In this document: positions 54,109 to 63,634 of the stretch, piece after piece
Position numbering within the stretch: position 1 is the stretch's first letter
How the letters are laid out: the number at the start of each line of letters is the position of its first letter
Assembly: GCA_002450895.1 (NCBI GenBank)
Contig: DKAR01000036.1
Location: 236 to 63,869, forward strand
Source: Proteobacteria bacterium UBA6921
GTDB lineage: Bacteria; Pseudomonadota; Gammaproteobacteria; SG8-11
Reading direction: 5' to 3'
DNA length: 63,634 nucleotides
Notes under the pieces: model-generated
Told to the model about the DNA's origin: nothing
Databases searched by the model: none
Seen by the model: the letters and a program-made list of their open reading frames with translations, nothing else
Program-made: the position numbers and the translations under genes

Positions 54109-55271
54109 AACTTGTCGTGTTGACCAACATCCTGACGCCGTACCGGATCCCTTTGTTTGCAGAGATGCAGCGCCACGTCGATGACTTTACCGTGCTCCTG
54201 ATGAGCGAGCACGAGGAGAATCGGCAATGGCGACTTGAGCGTGCTCCATTCAAGGTCACCACACTTCCCGGAATTCATCTGCGGCCACCGGGGGCGGAAG
54301 TGTCGCTGCACGTAAATTACGGTGTGATCCGTGCCCTGCGCCGACTCAATCCCGATGTCGTTCTCAGCGGTGGTTTTACGCCCGCCAACATTGCTGCGGC
54401 CGTGTATTGTCGTGTGTTCAACAAGCGCTACATGGGTTGGGGAGAAGTCACGCGCCGCGATGCAACGGGACGTTCTGCGATACGAACCCTTTTGCGGCGA
54501 TTCATCGTGCGCCATGCGGCGGGTTGCGTTGCGTCGTCCAGCGAAGCGCGCGACGCATTCGTGTCGTACGGAATCGAAGCACAGAAAGTTTTGCTCGCGC
54601 CGATGCCGATCGACGTCGATTTTTTTCGCGATCGCACGCGTGAAGCGAAAAACTCTGCGGCCGTCGCAGCGATGCGATCGGGTTATTCGTCGCCGGTCCT
54701 TCTATCGGTCGGCCGTTTGACGGGTATAAAAGGTTACCCGGAGTTGTTTGCAATCTATCGCCGGATTCTCGAAGCCAAACCCGAAGCCACCTTGCTGATC
54801 GTCGGCGACGGCCCACAGCGAAAGGAATACGAACAACAAGTTGCGGAAGCAGGATGGAGCCGAGTGCATTTTGTTGGCTTCGTTCAGGCGGAAGACCTGC
54901 CGCGATATCTCGCATTGGCGGACGGTTTCATTTTCCACACGCTGTTTGACCCGTTTGGTGCGGTGTCGGTCGAAGCCATGGCTGCGGGTGTGCCCGTCGC
55001 AGCTTCTGTTTATGCCGCGTCGACCCACGATTTCGTCGAAGAATGCGTGACTGGCGTGCGGATCGATCCCAGAGATGCGCAGGGATCGGCGGCAGCGATC
55101 CTTCGTCTGCTGGATCTCGCCGAAAATCAGCGCGCCGCCATGCTCGCCGCCGCGTATCAGCGGGCGAAGCGCCACGACATTGCATCGACTGCCCTGGCGA
55201 TGCTTGAGTTCATGAGCGCGCCGAATTCCGCAAACGGGGTTGCTTCTGCGGAGACAGGCCATGGCCGCTAA
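54105..55271 (+). CDS. Family-4 glycosyltransferase
   Basis: GT-B C-terminal region LLSVGRLTGIKG and DPFGAVSVEAMAAGVPV. Confidence 0.75.
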   Translation: MKLVVLTNILTPYRIPLFAEMQRHVDDFTVLLMSEHEENRQWRLERAPFKVTTLPGIHLRPPGAEVSLHVNYGVIRALRRLNPDVVLSGGFTPANIAAAVYCRVFNKRYMGWGEVTRRDATGRSAIRTLLRRFIVRHAAGCVASSSEARDAFVSYGIEAQKVLLAPMPIDVDFFRDRTREAKNSAAVAAMRSGYSSPVLLSVGRLTGIKGYPELFAIYRRILEAKPEATLLIVGDGPQRKEYEQQVAEAGWSRVHFVGFVQAEDLPRYLALADGFIFHTLFDPFGAVSVEAMAAGVPVAASVYAASTHDFVEECVTGVRIDPRDAQGSAAAILRLLDLAENQRAAMLAAAYQRAKRHDIASTALAMLEFMSAPNSANGVASAETGHGR

Positions 55272-56430
55272 ACCGAAACTCCTTGTCATCGGTCCGGTGC
55301 CGCCGCCGTTGTCCGGTCCGGAGATTGTCACTCGCAATCTGATTCAAGCGCCTGCATTGCGCGAGCGGTACGAAGTGATTCACCTCAACACCACCGTGCG
55401 AAAATCGAATCATGCGAAAGGAAAACTCGATTTCATGATGATCTGGGCGTTCGTCAGCTACCTGTATCGCTTTGTACGCTGTTTGATCACAGAGCGCCCG
55501 GACTTCGTGCTGTACCTGCCCACGTCGGCAACGCTGAAAGGATGGACACGTGATGGTATGACGATGCTTCTCAGTCGCCCGTTTGGCGCGAAACTGATCG
55601 TTCTGTTCCAGGGCGGGCATTTCCGATATTTCTATGACTCATTGCGCGGCTGGATCCGAAGTGTAGTCGGTTGGTTGATCCGCCGATCTCATCTCGTTCT
55701 TGCACAGGCCGACACGCTGCACCGCCAATTCAAGGGAATCGTTCCGGACGCACGTGTCGCCACACTATACAATTCCATCGACAAGCAATTCTTCGATCAA
55801 TTTGACGGTGTAAGTCCACGCAATGGCCAGCCGGTCAAAGTTCTATTTGTTGGTCACCTTTCACTCGCGAAGGGCTACTGCGATTTGATGAAAGTTGTTC
55901 CGGCACTCACTGCGGTTGGCGGCGTGCGCGTTCAGTGCATGGGCGTTCCAATGCCTGTCGAGCGCAACGTGTTTTTCAATCAGTTGACCGGTGAACGGCT
56001 GCGACACGAAGATCCGCAGGAATGTTACGAGCGGTACATCGAATACGCCGGACTGGATCCGCACGTCGAATTCCTGGGCGGCCAGGTTCACGGCGAAGAC
56101 AAGATCCGCGTATTTCGTGAAGCCGATATTTTTGTGCTGCCGAGTTATTCGGAAGGTTTCTCTACGGCGATTCTTGAAGCGATGGCGGCGGGTCTTCCGG
56201 TGGTCGTAACGCGCGTGGGCGCGGCACCCGACGTGATCGCGGAAGGCGTCAATGGATTTGTGATTAATCCCGGAGATACCGATGCGCTGCGTGATCGCCT
56301 GCAACGCCTGATCGGCGATCCCGAACTGCGGCAGCGGATTGGATCTGCCAACCGGGAGAAATGCCGGAACGAATTTCTTGTCGACGTCGGGGCGCGCCGC
56401 CTGTCGAAGTTGCTGGACTCTTTAACTTAG
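55261..56430 (+). CDS. Family-4 glycosyltransferase
   Basis: ATG 55261 (MAAKPKLLVIGPVPPP) overlaps the upstream stop. EGFSTAILEAMAAGLPVV is present. Confidence 0.75.
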   Translation: MAAKPKLLVIGPVPPPLSGPEIVTRNLIQAPALRERYEVIHLNTTVRKSNHAKGKLDFMMIWAFVSYLYRFVRCLITERPDFVLYLPTSATLKGWTRDGMTMLLSRPFGAKLIVLFQGGHFRYFYDSLRGWIRSVVGWLIRRSHLVLAQADTLHRQFKGIVPDARVATLYNSIDKQFFDQFDGVSPRNGQPVKVLFVGHLSLAKGYCDLMKVVPALTAVGGVRVQCMGVPMPVERNVFFNQLTGERLRHEDPQECYERYIEYAGLDPHVEFLGGQVHGEDKIRVFREADIFVLPSYSEGFSTAILEAMAAGLPVVVTRVGAAPDVIAEGVNGFVINPGDTDALRDRLQRLIGDPELRQRIGSANREKCRNEFLVDVGARRLSKLLDSLT

Positions 56431-56570
56431 TTTTCTTCGATCGTTCAGCGAGTTCCGGGTTTGTACATCGCGCTGTCACAAAAAATACTTACGATCCGCC
56501 CGGAAGACTGGATCCGATCCCGTTCATGGTGCGCTCAGCGCTCGCAAAGACTTCTTTGCTTTGGTGATTA

Positions 56571-58730
56571 ATGCTGCAACTGACTCAGAAACTTAAAAAC
56601 GGAGCAATGGACGTTCTGGACGTTGCTGTTCCGCATGTCGCGCGTGGATTCATTCTGGTCAGAAATCACTGCTCTTTGATCAGTGCCGGGACGGAAGCGA
56701 GCACAGTGACCGCCGCGCGCAAGGGATTGGTCGGCAAAGCGATGGAGCGCCCGCAACAGGTCAAGCAAGTCATCGATACATTCATCCAACAAGGTCCGGT
56801 GCAGACCTACCGCGCCGTCATGAAAAAACTCGACGCCTATTCGCCGCTGGGTTACAGCGCCGCAGGCGAGGTGATTGATGTTGCGCCCGACGTCAGTGGA
56901 TTTGCGGTCGGTGATCGCGTCGCCTGCGCGGGTGCCGGTTACGCAAGTCATGCCGAAGTCATCGCTGTGCCCGCGAATCTGTGTGTGAAGTTACCCGCAC
57001 ACGCTGACCTGGGTCGCGCGTCTTACAACACGCTGGGTGCTATCGCGCTGCAGGGCATTCGCCAGGCGGATCTGAAGCTGGGTGAATCTTGCGTTGTCGT
57101 CGGGCTCGGATTGCTGGGGCAGCTGACTTGCCTGATGTTGCGCGCGAGCGGTGTGCGCGTGGTCGGAATGGATATCGATGCGGCGATGGTCGAACTGGCG
57201 CGCAAACATAGTGCAGACCTGGCGCTCGTATCCGGCGCGCCGGGGTCCGGCGAAGCGATCATGGAATTCAGCGGTGGCCTTGGCGCCGACGCCGTCATCA
57301 TCACGGCGGCGACGAGCAGCCTGGAGCCCATTAATTTTGCCGGTCGCGTATTGCGCAAGCGCGGTACTGTGGTCATCGTCGGCAGTGTGCCAACCGGTTT
57401 TGATCGCGATCCCTATTTTTACCGCAAGGAATTGCAGTTGAAGATGTCGTGCTCGTATGGTCCGGGTCGTTACGACCTGAACTACGAAGAGAAAGGGCAC
57501 GACTATCCCGCCGCCTATGTGCGCTGGACCGAGAACCGCAACATGAGCGCGTTCCAGGACCTGGTTCATTCGGGAAGGATCAATCTGGATTATCTGACAA
57601 CGCATCGGTTCAAACTCGAAAATGCGCCGAACGCCTATGACCTGATCACCCAACGCTCGCAGCCGTTCCTTGGCATTCTGATTGAATACGACACCAGCAA
57701 ACCGGTGCGCCGCGAGAGTCTGGAAATCAATGTGGGTTCCGCTGCGAACGGAAAAGCCAACATTGCTTTCGTTGGCGCCGGCAGCTACGCGATGAGCAAC
57801 TTGCTACCGAACATTCCAAAGGGTAGCGATGTTCGCCTGACGGGCGTTCTGACCTCGTCCGGAACGAGTGCGCGAACTGTCGCCGAGAAATTCGGATTCG
57901 AATTCTGCGCGGGGTCGGCGGACGATATTTTCAATTCGCCGAGGGTCGACACGGTCTTCGTCGCCACGCGCCACAACAGTCACGCGAAATACGTGCAACA
58001 CGCGTTGGCGGCGCGCAAGAACGTGTTCGTCGAAAAGCCGCTGTGCCTCAACGAAGACGAACTGGAAGAGATCAGCGCGTTGTACCGCACTCTGTCCGAT
58101 CAGCAATCCGCACCGTTGCTCATGGTCGGATTCAATCGCCGTTTTTCGCCACTGGTCGCGGAGATTAAAAAACAGCTCGGCACCGGTTCGATGGCCATGT
58201 TGTATCGGGTGAACGCCGGCGCAATTCCGGCGGATTCCTGGATTCAGGACGCCGAAATCGGCGGCGGCCGGATCATCGGCGAAGTCTGCCACTTTGTCGA
58301 TTTGCTGATCTGTCTCAACGGCTCGTTGCCGACGCGTGTTTCGGCAACGGCGCTCGAATCCGCCGATGCACTGATGGATACGGTCAACATCGCGCTGCAG
58401 TTTGCAAACGGTTCGACCGGAACGATTGCGTATTACGCCAATGGGGCCAAGTCACTTCCGAAGGAACATCTCGAAGTGTATCGCGCGGGTGCCGTTGCCG
58501 TACTTCGTGACTTCAAGGAGCTGGAAATTCACGGCGCTCGGAAGCCGTACAAGACGCGATTGATGAATCAGAACAAGGGCCAGGCCGAAATGGTAAACGC
58601 GTTTATCACAGCGATCACCGGCGGCAACGGCAACCCGATTCCGTTTTCTGAAATTCACGCGGCAACGCTGACCACGTTCCGAATCCTGCAGGCGATCCGT
58701 TCGAGGGCCTCGGTTGAACTGGCTCCATGA
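56571..58730 (+). CDS. Bi-domain oxidoreductase (MDR/zinc-ADH-like N-terminal half, Gfo/Idh/MocA-like C-terminal half)
   Basis: The N-terminal half has GDRVACAGAGYASHAEV and Rossmann motif VVVGLGLLGQL. The C-terminal half has IAFVGAGSYAMSNLLPN and VFVEKPL. Confidence 0.75.
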   Translation: MLQLTQKLKNGAMDVLDVAVPHVARGFILVRNHCSLISAGTEASTVTAARKGLVGKAMERPQQVKQVIDTFIQQGPVQTYRAVMKKLDAYSPLGYSAAGEVIDVAPDVSGFAVGDRVACAGAGYASHAEVIAVPANLCVKLPAHADLGRASYNTLGAIALQGIRQADLKLGESCVVVGLGLLGQLTCLMLRASGVRVVGMDIDAAMVELARKHSADLALVSGAPGSGEAIMEFSGGLGADAVIITAATSSLEPINFAGRVLRKRGTVVIVGSVPTGFDRDPYFYRKELQLKMSCSYGPGRYDLNYEEKGHDYPAAYVRWTENRNMSAFQDLVHSGRINLDYLTTHRFKLENAPNAYDLITQRSQPFLGILIEYDTSKPVRRESLEINVGSAANGKANIAFVGAGSYAMSNLLPNIPKGSDVRLTGVLTSSGTSARTVAEKFGFEFCAGSADDIFNSPRVDTVFVATRHNSHAKYVQHALAARKNVFVEKPLCLNEDELEEISALYRTLSDQQSAPLLMVGFNRRFSPLVAEIKKQLGTGSMAMLYRVNAGAIPADSWIQDAEIGGGRIIGEVCHFVDLLICLNGSLPTRVSATALESADALMDTVNIALQFANGSTGTIAYYANGAKSLPKEHLEVYRAGAVAVLRDFKELEIHGARKPYKTRLMNQNKGQAEMVNAFITAITGGNGNPIPFSEIHAATLTTFRILQAIRSRASVELAP

Positions 58731-58760
58731 CGGCACACTGAACTTGGCGAGTTAAAGGTA

Positions 58761-60668
58761 ATGCGCAGTCTGAGCTGGTACGCCAAGCGGCTTCGTGTCA
58801 TGCAGCCGCGTGAAATCGCGCATCGCGTCAGCGAGCAGGTGACGTTGGGGGGAATGCGGTTTCGCCATTGGCGCGGAGCATCATCGATCGTTCCGCGCAT
58901 AGACTTGCCGCGTTTCTGCACGGCGCAGTCCCGCCAACTGCCGGCACTCCAGTGGGAATTCAAGCCAACAACTCGCGAGATCGACTCCTTGTTGGCCGGA
59001 CACTATCCGGCTTTGGGTCACGATTGGCGTTGGAGTCCCGCGGACGCTATTTGGCGCCAGGCGCCGGATACAGGTCGACATTGGCCGCAAAAATTTTTCA
59101 ACAGTATCCATTTTCGTGAAGGCAATCCGCACGGGGACATCCGCATTGCGTGGGAGCCGAGTCGGCTTCAACAGTTGGTCACGCTGGCTCTGTTGGCGGA
59201 ACGGTCCGATCCGCATATCCGGCTCAAGGCGGTGGTGCTCATTGAATCCCAGTTGGCGTCCTGGGTTCGGTTGAACCCGCCGCTGGCCGGTATTCATTAC
59301 ATCTCGGCAATGGAATGCGCCTTGCGCGTTATTTCGGTGTGCCACGCACTGGATCGGGTTCGCGAACACCTGCTGAACGCCGAAGAGACCTGGGCCGCAC
59401 TCACCACTCTGGTTGAATTTCATGCCGGATTTATTGCGCGGCGATTGTCGCTGCATTCGTCGACCGGCAATCACACGGTTGCTGAAGCGGCGGGACTTGT
59501 TTACGCGGCTGTGCTGTTTCCGCATCTGCCCAATGCGCATCATTGGAAGAAGCGTGGATTGGAGCTTCTGGAACGCGAAGCGGACCGCCAAATCCTTGCG
59601 GATGGCAGTGGACTCGAGCAGGCATTCTGGTACTTGCTGTTCATCGCTGACCTGTTCGGAATGGTGGCGGAGCTGTTGCGGCACTACAACGAGCCGGTAC
59701 CCGCTGCGATCGACGCGGCGGTCCAGCGTGCACGGTCGTTCCTGAACGCCGTCGCGGACTCGCTCGAATCATTGCCGCCAATCGGTGATGCCGACGGCGG
59801 TTTCGCGCTTTCGCCAGCGCTTCGTATCAGCTGGATGCCCAATCCAACGCGGCCACGGATGCGCTCTTTTCCTGACGGCGGATATACCGTGCTCAATGCG
59901 GGTGGGAAGGAAGGTTGCTCGGTTCTGTTCGATCATGGTCCCTTGGGCATGCCTCCTTCGTGCGGGCATGGTCACGCGGATGCGCTGGCCGTTTGTGTCG
60001 CAATCAATGGCGCGCCGTTGTTGATCGACAGCGGTACTTACCTATACACCGGAGCGCCGAAATGGCGGAGCTACTTTCGCGGTACACGAGCCCACAATAC
60101 CGTGATGGTCAATGGTCTGGATCAGGCGCGACAGGAAACCGCATTTCTCTGGTCAAAATTCTTTCACAGTAGTCTCGTACGCTCTGAGGAAACCAGCGCC
60201 GGAACAGTGCGATTGCTCGCAAGGCACGATGGCTATGCGGACGTCGACGCAATTCACTGGAGGGGGGTTGTACAGCGCGCGGGCGGTGAACTGATCGTGT
60301 TGGACCGGTTGGAAGGTGGCGGGACACACGCGCTTGAATTGAACTGGCATCTCGCAATCCCGCCAGCGACTACAGAAGGCGAAGCGTTACATTTCAACGG
60401 GTATTCGCGTCCGGTCTCGATGAGAATTTGGGGTGGAACTTCGACCGTCGTGTCCGGGCAAACGGATCCGCTGCACGGCTGGAAAAGCCAAAGTTACGGC
60501 AAGAAAGAAATTGGCGCTGTGTGTTGCACAAGATATCTGGGCGAGTTGCACCACGAGTTCCTGACGGTGGTCACATTTCAGGCCGATGGCAACAGAGAAT
60601 CGATCGAAGACTTGACTGAAGAGCTGGTGCTCTTGCGAGGGTGGATTGATGAGGCCAAAGCGGATTGA
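58761..60668 (+). CDS. Heparinase II/III-family protein
   Basis: SCGHGHADALAVCVAINGAPLLIDSGTYLYTG...YFRGTRAHNTVMVNGLDQ. Confidence 0.75.
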   Translation: MRSLSWYAKRLRVMQPREIAHRVSEQVTLGGMRFRHWRGASSIVPRIDLPRFCTAQSRQLPALQWEFKPTTREIDSLLAGHYPALGHDWRWSPADAIWRQAPDTGRHWPQKFFNSIHFREGNPHGDIRIAWEPSRLQQLVTLALLAERSDPHIRLKAVVLIESQLASWVRLNPPLAGIHYISAMECALRVISVCHALDRVREHLLNAEETWAALTTLVEFHAGFIARRLSLHSSTGNHTVAEAAGLVYAAVLFPHLPNAHHWKKRGLELLEREADRQILADGSGLEQAFWYLLFIADLFGMVAELLRHYNEPVPAAIDAAVQRARSFLNAVADSLESLPPIGDADGGFALSPALRISWMPNPTRPRMRSFPDGGYTVLNAGGKEGCSVLFDHGPLGMPPSCGHGHADALAVCVAINGAPLLIDSGTYLYTGAPKWRSYFRGTRAHNTVMVNGLDQARQETAFLWSKFFHSSLVRSEETSAGTVRLLARHDGYADVDAIHWRGVVQRAGGELIVLDRLEGGGTHALELNWHLAIPPATTEGEALHFNGYSRPVSMRIWGGTSTVVSGQTDPLHGWKSQSYGKKEIGAVCCTRYLGELHHEFLTVVTFQADGNRESIEDLTEELVLLRGWIDEAKAD

Positions 60669-61383
60669 AGTGCTCGGGGTTCCCGTGGACTGCGTTGACA
60701 TGTCTACCGCGGTACAGCGCGTCGACGACGCGATTCGCGCCCGTCAGACCTTGTCGGTTTTGGCCGTGAATCCCGAAAAGGTTATCAAGGCCCAGAGTGA
60801 TGTCACCGTCATGCGTCTGCTGACCAACGCCGGATTATTGATTCCTGATGGCATCGGCGTCGTGTTGGCCGCGCGTATTTTCGGGCTGGGCAAGATGGGC
60901 CGCGTGCCGGGTGCCGAACTGATGCCGAAACTTTGCGAACTCGCCAAGGTACGCGGCTATAAGGTATTTCTCTTTGGTGCGAGCCCCGAGGTGAATGAGC
61001 GCGCCGCGCAGAAACTGCGCGAGACGTATCGTGGATTGAATATTGTGGGTCGGCAGCACGGTTTTGTTCGCGACGATGAAATACCGGAACTGCTGGATCG
61101 CATCAATGCGTCCGGAGCGCAGATTATGTTCGTCGCCCTCGGCAGTCCGCGCCAGGAATTGTGGATTGAAAAGTATGCCCCAATCCTGAACGTCAAAATT
61201 TTCCAGGGGGTGGGTGGCACGTTCGACGTGATCGCGGGCTCGGTGAAGCGCGCGCCATGGGTATTCCGCAAGATGCATCTTGAATGGTTCTACCGACTGG
61301 CGGTGCAGCCCAGGCGTTTGTTACGCCAAACGGCGCTTCCACGGTTTGCATATCAAGTGCTGCGACGCCGGTTTGCCGGTTGA
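60649..61383 (+). CDS. WecB/TagA/CpsF-family (GT26) glycosyltransferase
   Basis: IEVLGVPVD, LAVNPEKV, LLIPDGIGVV, ALGSPRQELWI and GVGGTFDVIAG...LEWFYRL. ATG 60649 overlaps the heparinase 3' end. Confidence 0.85.
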   Translation: MRPKRIEVLGVPVDCVDMSTAVQRVDDAIRARQTLSVLAVNPEKVIKAQSDVTVMRLLTNAGLLIPDGIGVVLAARIFGLGKMGRVPGAELMPKLCELAKVRGYKVFLFGASPEVNERAAQKLRETYRGLNIVGRQHGFVRDDEIPELLDRINASGAQIMFVALGSPRQELWIEKYAPILNVKIFQGVGGTFDVIAGSVKRAPWVFRKMHLEWFYRLAVQPRRLLRQTALPRFAYQVLRRRFAG

Positions 61384-61426
61384 AGAGAAATTTCTAACGC
61401 AGTGTTGGAGTGAGGTTATTGTTTCG

Positions 61427-62122
61427 ATGAATGACGCAGTCGCGTGGCATTCCAGGAATGCCGTTCAGTTCGATGGAAATTACGCGCGACAACGTGCGTT
61501 CGATGAACGACGCAAGATTTGGTTCGATATTCTGGATCGATTCGGCGGCCCGGATCATTTTGTCGTTGATGTGGGGTGCGGCAGCGGAGTGTTCTCACTC
61601 TACGCAGCCCAACGCAATGCAACCGTGCTCGGCGTGGACGGCAGCCGCGAAATGATCGATTTGTGCGAGCGCCGACGGAAGGAAACCAGCCAGAATAACG
61701 TGACATTTACGCAAACCGATATCGCCACGTTAACCGACGTCGTCCGCGCTCGACCGAATCTGATCATTTGTTCCAGCGTGCTGGAGTACGTAACCGACTT
61801 TGAGCGCGTGTTGCAAACATTTTCCAGCCTTATTGCTCCCGGCGGAATCGTGGCGATCTCGATGCCGAATCCTGCCAGCCTGTTTCGGCGAATCGAGCCG
61901 ATCGTGTACAAACTGACCGGCCGCCCGAAGTATTTCGGCTTCGTCCGGAATATTGTTTCTGTAAATCGAATGGCTCAATTGTTGAGCCAAGCTGGGTTGG
62001 AGCCGATCGAATCCCGCTACTTTGCAGGCATGCGCGGGCTTGCTTCGTTCTTTCGCCCGATGGGTTTGTCAAAGTACTCCGACAATCTTTACGTTGTCGT
62101 CGCACGGCGCGCCGCGAAATAG
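61427..62122 (+). CDS. Class I SAM-dependent methyltransferase
   Basis: ATG 61427 (MNDAVAWH...), motif I VVDVGCGSGVFSL and motif post-I VLGVDGS. The track start at 61280 is over-extended into the GT26 gene. Confidence 0.75.
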   Translation: MNDAVAWHSRNAVQFDGNYARQRAFDERRKIWFDILDRFGGPDHFVVDVGCGSGVFSLYAAQRNATVLGVDGSREMIDLCERRRKETSQNNVTFTQTDIATLTDVVRARPNLIICSSVLEYVTDFERVLQTFSSLIAPGGIVAISMPNPASLFRRIEPIVYKLTGRPKYFGFVRNIVSVNRMAQLLSQAGLEPIESRYFAGMRGLASFFRPMGLSKYSDNLYVVVARRAAK

Positions 62123-62134
62123 GAACGGATTCGA

Positions 62135-63634
62135 ATGATGATGGAGGCGGGCGGTGGTGCGCGTTCGCGCCTGATTTCTAGGTATTCCCTGACGACGCTT
62201 CTTGGAGCCATAGTATGCGTGCCGATCTTCGCAGCCGCGGTGCCTACGGTAGATGCCTTCCTCGATTCATTCAGCGTGGTGCAAGGTGGTGAGCTGAAGG
62301 TTTTCGTTTCGAGTGACGCGCCGACCCTTGACCTGCATGTGTTTCGTATCGGAAATCCCGACCAGGAAGTTCTAACCCAACGTGCCGTGCCCGCCGCAGG
62401 GTATGCCGTGCCGACGAATGGGTGGACGGTGGGCGCCGATTGGCCGAAGTTTTCCGTCGTGCCGGTGTCGGCAGATTGGGTCAGTGGCCTGTATCAGATC
62501 GAATTCGTTGCCGGCGGACAATCTTTGCGCACACTCAACTTTGTGGTTCGCGAGGACCAGCCAGGATCACAGGCCAACATTCTGGTATTGGACAACGCGC
62601 CGACTCAGATTGCGTACAACAATTGGGGAGGTAAATCTCTTTACACGTTCAATTCGACAGACAAGATCGCCGCGGTCGCGGTCTCGCTGCGGCGCCCGGG
62701 AAATCAGACCGGAATACCTCAGGAATCCGAATTTCTTCATTGGGCAAACGCGATGGGCGTTCCGGTCGAGTATGCGTCGATGTTCGATCTTCATTCGGAT
62801 CCGCAATTACTCAGCCACTACAAAGTCGTCGTGCTGGTGGGCCACAGCGAATACTGGACCCGGGAAATGCGTGACTGTCTCGAAGCATTTCTGGCCGGCG
62901 GGGGAAATGCCGCAATTCTCGGCGGCGATACGATGTGGTGGCAGGTTCGAATCGAGAACGACCAGCTGGTTGGCTACAAAGAGACTGCCTCCAATGATCC
63001 ATTGAAAGGTATCGATGACACGCGGGTTACCACCAACTGGTACGCGGCCCCGGTGTTGAGACCGGAAAACGCCGTGACAGTAGTCAGCTGGCGCCACGGC
63101 GGCTACGTGAATGCCTCCGGATTCTATTTGGCGTCGGACGGGTGGGGTGGTTATACCGTTACCGCGGCGGATCATTGGTTGTTCAGCGCGACCGGCTTGC
63201 ACAACGGGGACGTATTTGGGCAAGAACAAACGATTGCGGGTTATGAAACCGACGGCGCGGTATTCAGCTGGATCAATGGAAACCCGGTTGTCACGGGCGC
63301 GGGCGGGACGCCGCAGAACTATCAGATCCTCGCGTACACGCCAGCTAAGACCAATGCCGTGAGCAATGGCAATGCCACGATGGGGCTCTACCAAACTGCC
63401 GGAGATGGGTACGTCTTTAATGCGGCGACAGTCGATTGGGCCGACGGACTTTGGTCCATTCGCGATTCGAAGATATCGAACACGCAAGTCAGCACGATTA
63501 CCTACAACGCCTTTTCGTCGTTTGCTGTACTTGCTCCCTTGATTCCCGAAACGCCTTTGCAGATTCTCGTTCCGTCAGAAGCAACTTCCGAATCCCTTGT
63601 CATCGTCTGGTCCGGTGCAATCGCGAAAGCGCCG
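62135..63634 (+). CDS. N,N-dimethylformamidase-large-subunit-like domain protein; 3' end runs off the right edge of the window
   Basis: Absent from the ORF track because no stop lies in the window. ATG 62135 opens an uninterrupted frame to the window end. Hand translation gives MMMEAGGGARSRLISRYSLTTLLGAIVCVPIFAAA..., then LVLDNAPTQIAYNNWGGKSLY..., VVLVGHSEYWTREMRD... and GGNAAILGGDTMWWQVR. This is the motif triplet I associate with this family. Confidence 0.55.
   Translation, partial: MMMEAGGGARSRLISRYSLTTLLGAIVCVPIFAAAVPTVDAFLDSFSVVQGGELKVFVSSDAPTLDLHVFRIGNPDQEVLTQRAVPAAGYAVPTNGWTVGADWPKFSVVPVSADWVSGLYQIEFVAGGQSLRTLNFVVREDQPGSQANILVLDNAPTQIAYNNWGGKSLYTFNSTDKIAAVAVSLRRPGNQTGIPQESEFLHWANAMGVPVEYASMFDLHSDPQLLSHYKVVVLVGHSEYWTREMRDCLEAFLAGGGNAAILGGDTMWWQVRIENDQLVGYKETASNDPLKGIDDTRVTTNWYAAPVLRPENAVTVVSWRHGGYVNASGFYLASDGWGGYTVTAADHWLFSATGLHNGDVFGQEQTIAGYETDGAVFSWINGNPVVTGAGGTPQNYQILAYTPAKTNAVSNGNATMGLYQTAGDGYVFNAATVDWADGLWSIRDSKISNTQVSTITYNAFSSFAVLAPLIPETPLQILVPSEATSESLVIVWSGAIAKAP

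Noticed and set aside
1-63634. Mobile elements, prophage remnants, CRISPR arrays, defence systems, and tRNA or rRNA genes.
   Set aside because: None of the ORF translations shows integrase, transposase, Cas, restriction or abortive-infection signatures. I saw no regularly spaced direct-repeat array and no terminal inverted repeats. This was an eye scan only and is not exhaustive.

Overview
The window looks like chromosomal DNA from a Gram-negative, probably gammaproteobacterial, genome of moderately high GC. I saw no rRNA, tRNA, CRISPR array, transposase or integrase. All product calls come from motifs read by eye in the translations; no BLAST or HMM search was possible, so start codons and family names are provisional.

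Gene content, left to right:
- pstA(partial)-pstC-pstS and phoR-phoB on the minus strand.
- A beta-propeller/cadherin-like surface protein followed by a TpsB (FhaC/ShlB) transporter.
- A small protein with a VPxP (PEP-CTERM-like) tail plus a PstS-fold secreted protein.
- A translationally coupled aquaporin-arsC pair.
- A secreted metallophosphoesterase.
- A HEAT-like gene divergent from a TPR gene that is translationally coupled to a 3476-aa TpsA (filamentous-haemagglutinin family).
- A 179-aa exosortase-like protein (XrtH-sized) with a coupled membrane partner.
- A module of DUF2341/LamG-ExbB fusion, ExbD, TonB, a 602-aa porin and a coiled-coil protein.
- A second VPxP-tail protein, a PhoX/DUF839-like protein, a stand-alone cNMP-binding protein, a PAP2-GT4 pair and two single-domain PilZ genes.
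- An RHH-like protein and a third PEP-CTERM-like protein.
- A roughly 20-kb exopolysaccharide locus of the PEP-CTERM-associated type: export protein, outer-membrane barrel, Wzz, BY-kinase, LamG-GHL10, Wzy, Wzx, four GT4, a bi-domain oxidoreductase, heparinase II/III, GT26, a methyltransferase and a partial DMFase-like gene.

Two real CDSs are missing from the ORF track because they run off the window edges: pstA at 1..1463 (-) and the DMFase-like gene at 62135..63634 (+).

Main hunting results:
1. Heptamers of the CTGTCAY type, spaced at 11 bp like Pho boxes, sit upstream of many transcription units. These include the TPR-TpsA operon, PAP2-GT4, the PhoX-like gene, the metallophosphoesterase and a PilZ gene. 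The window therefore looks like a Pho-regulon island.
2. A miniature exosortase pair is wedged between the giant TpsA and an ExbB-TonB-porin module that has no TonB-dependent receptor.
3. Three VPxP-type C-terminal sorting tails share a TCGAAAT(G/T)C palindromic motif in their upstream regions.
4. An orphan intrinsic terminator suggests an sRNA.
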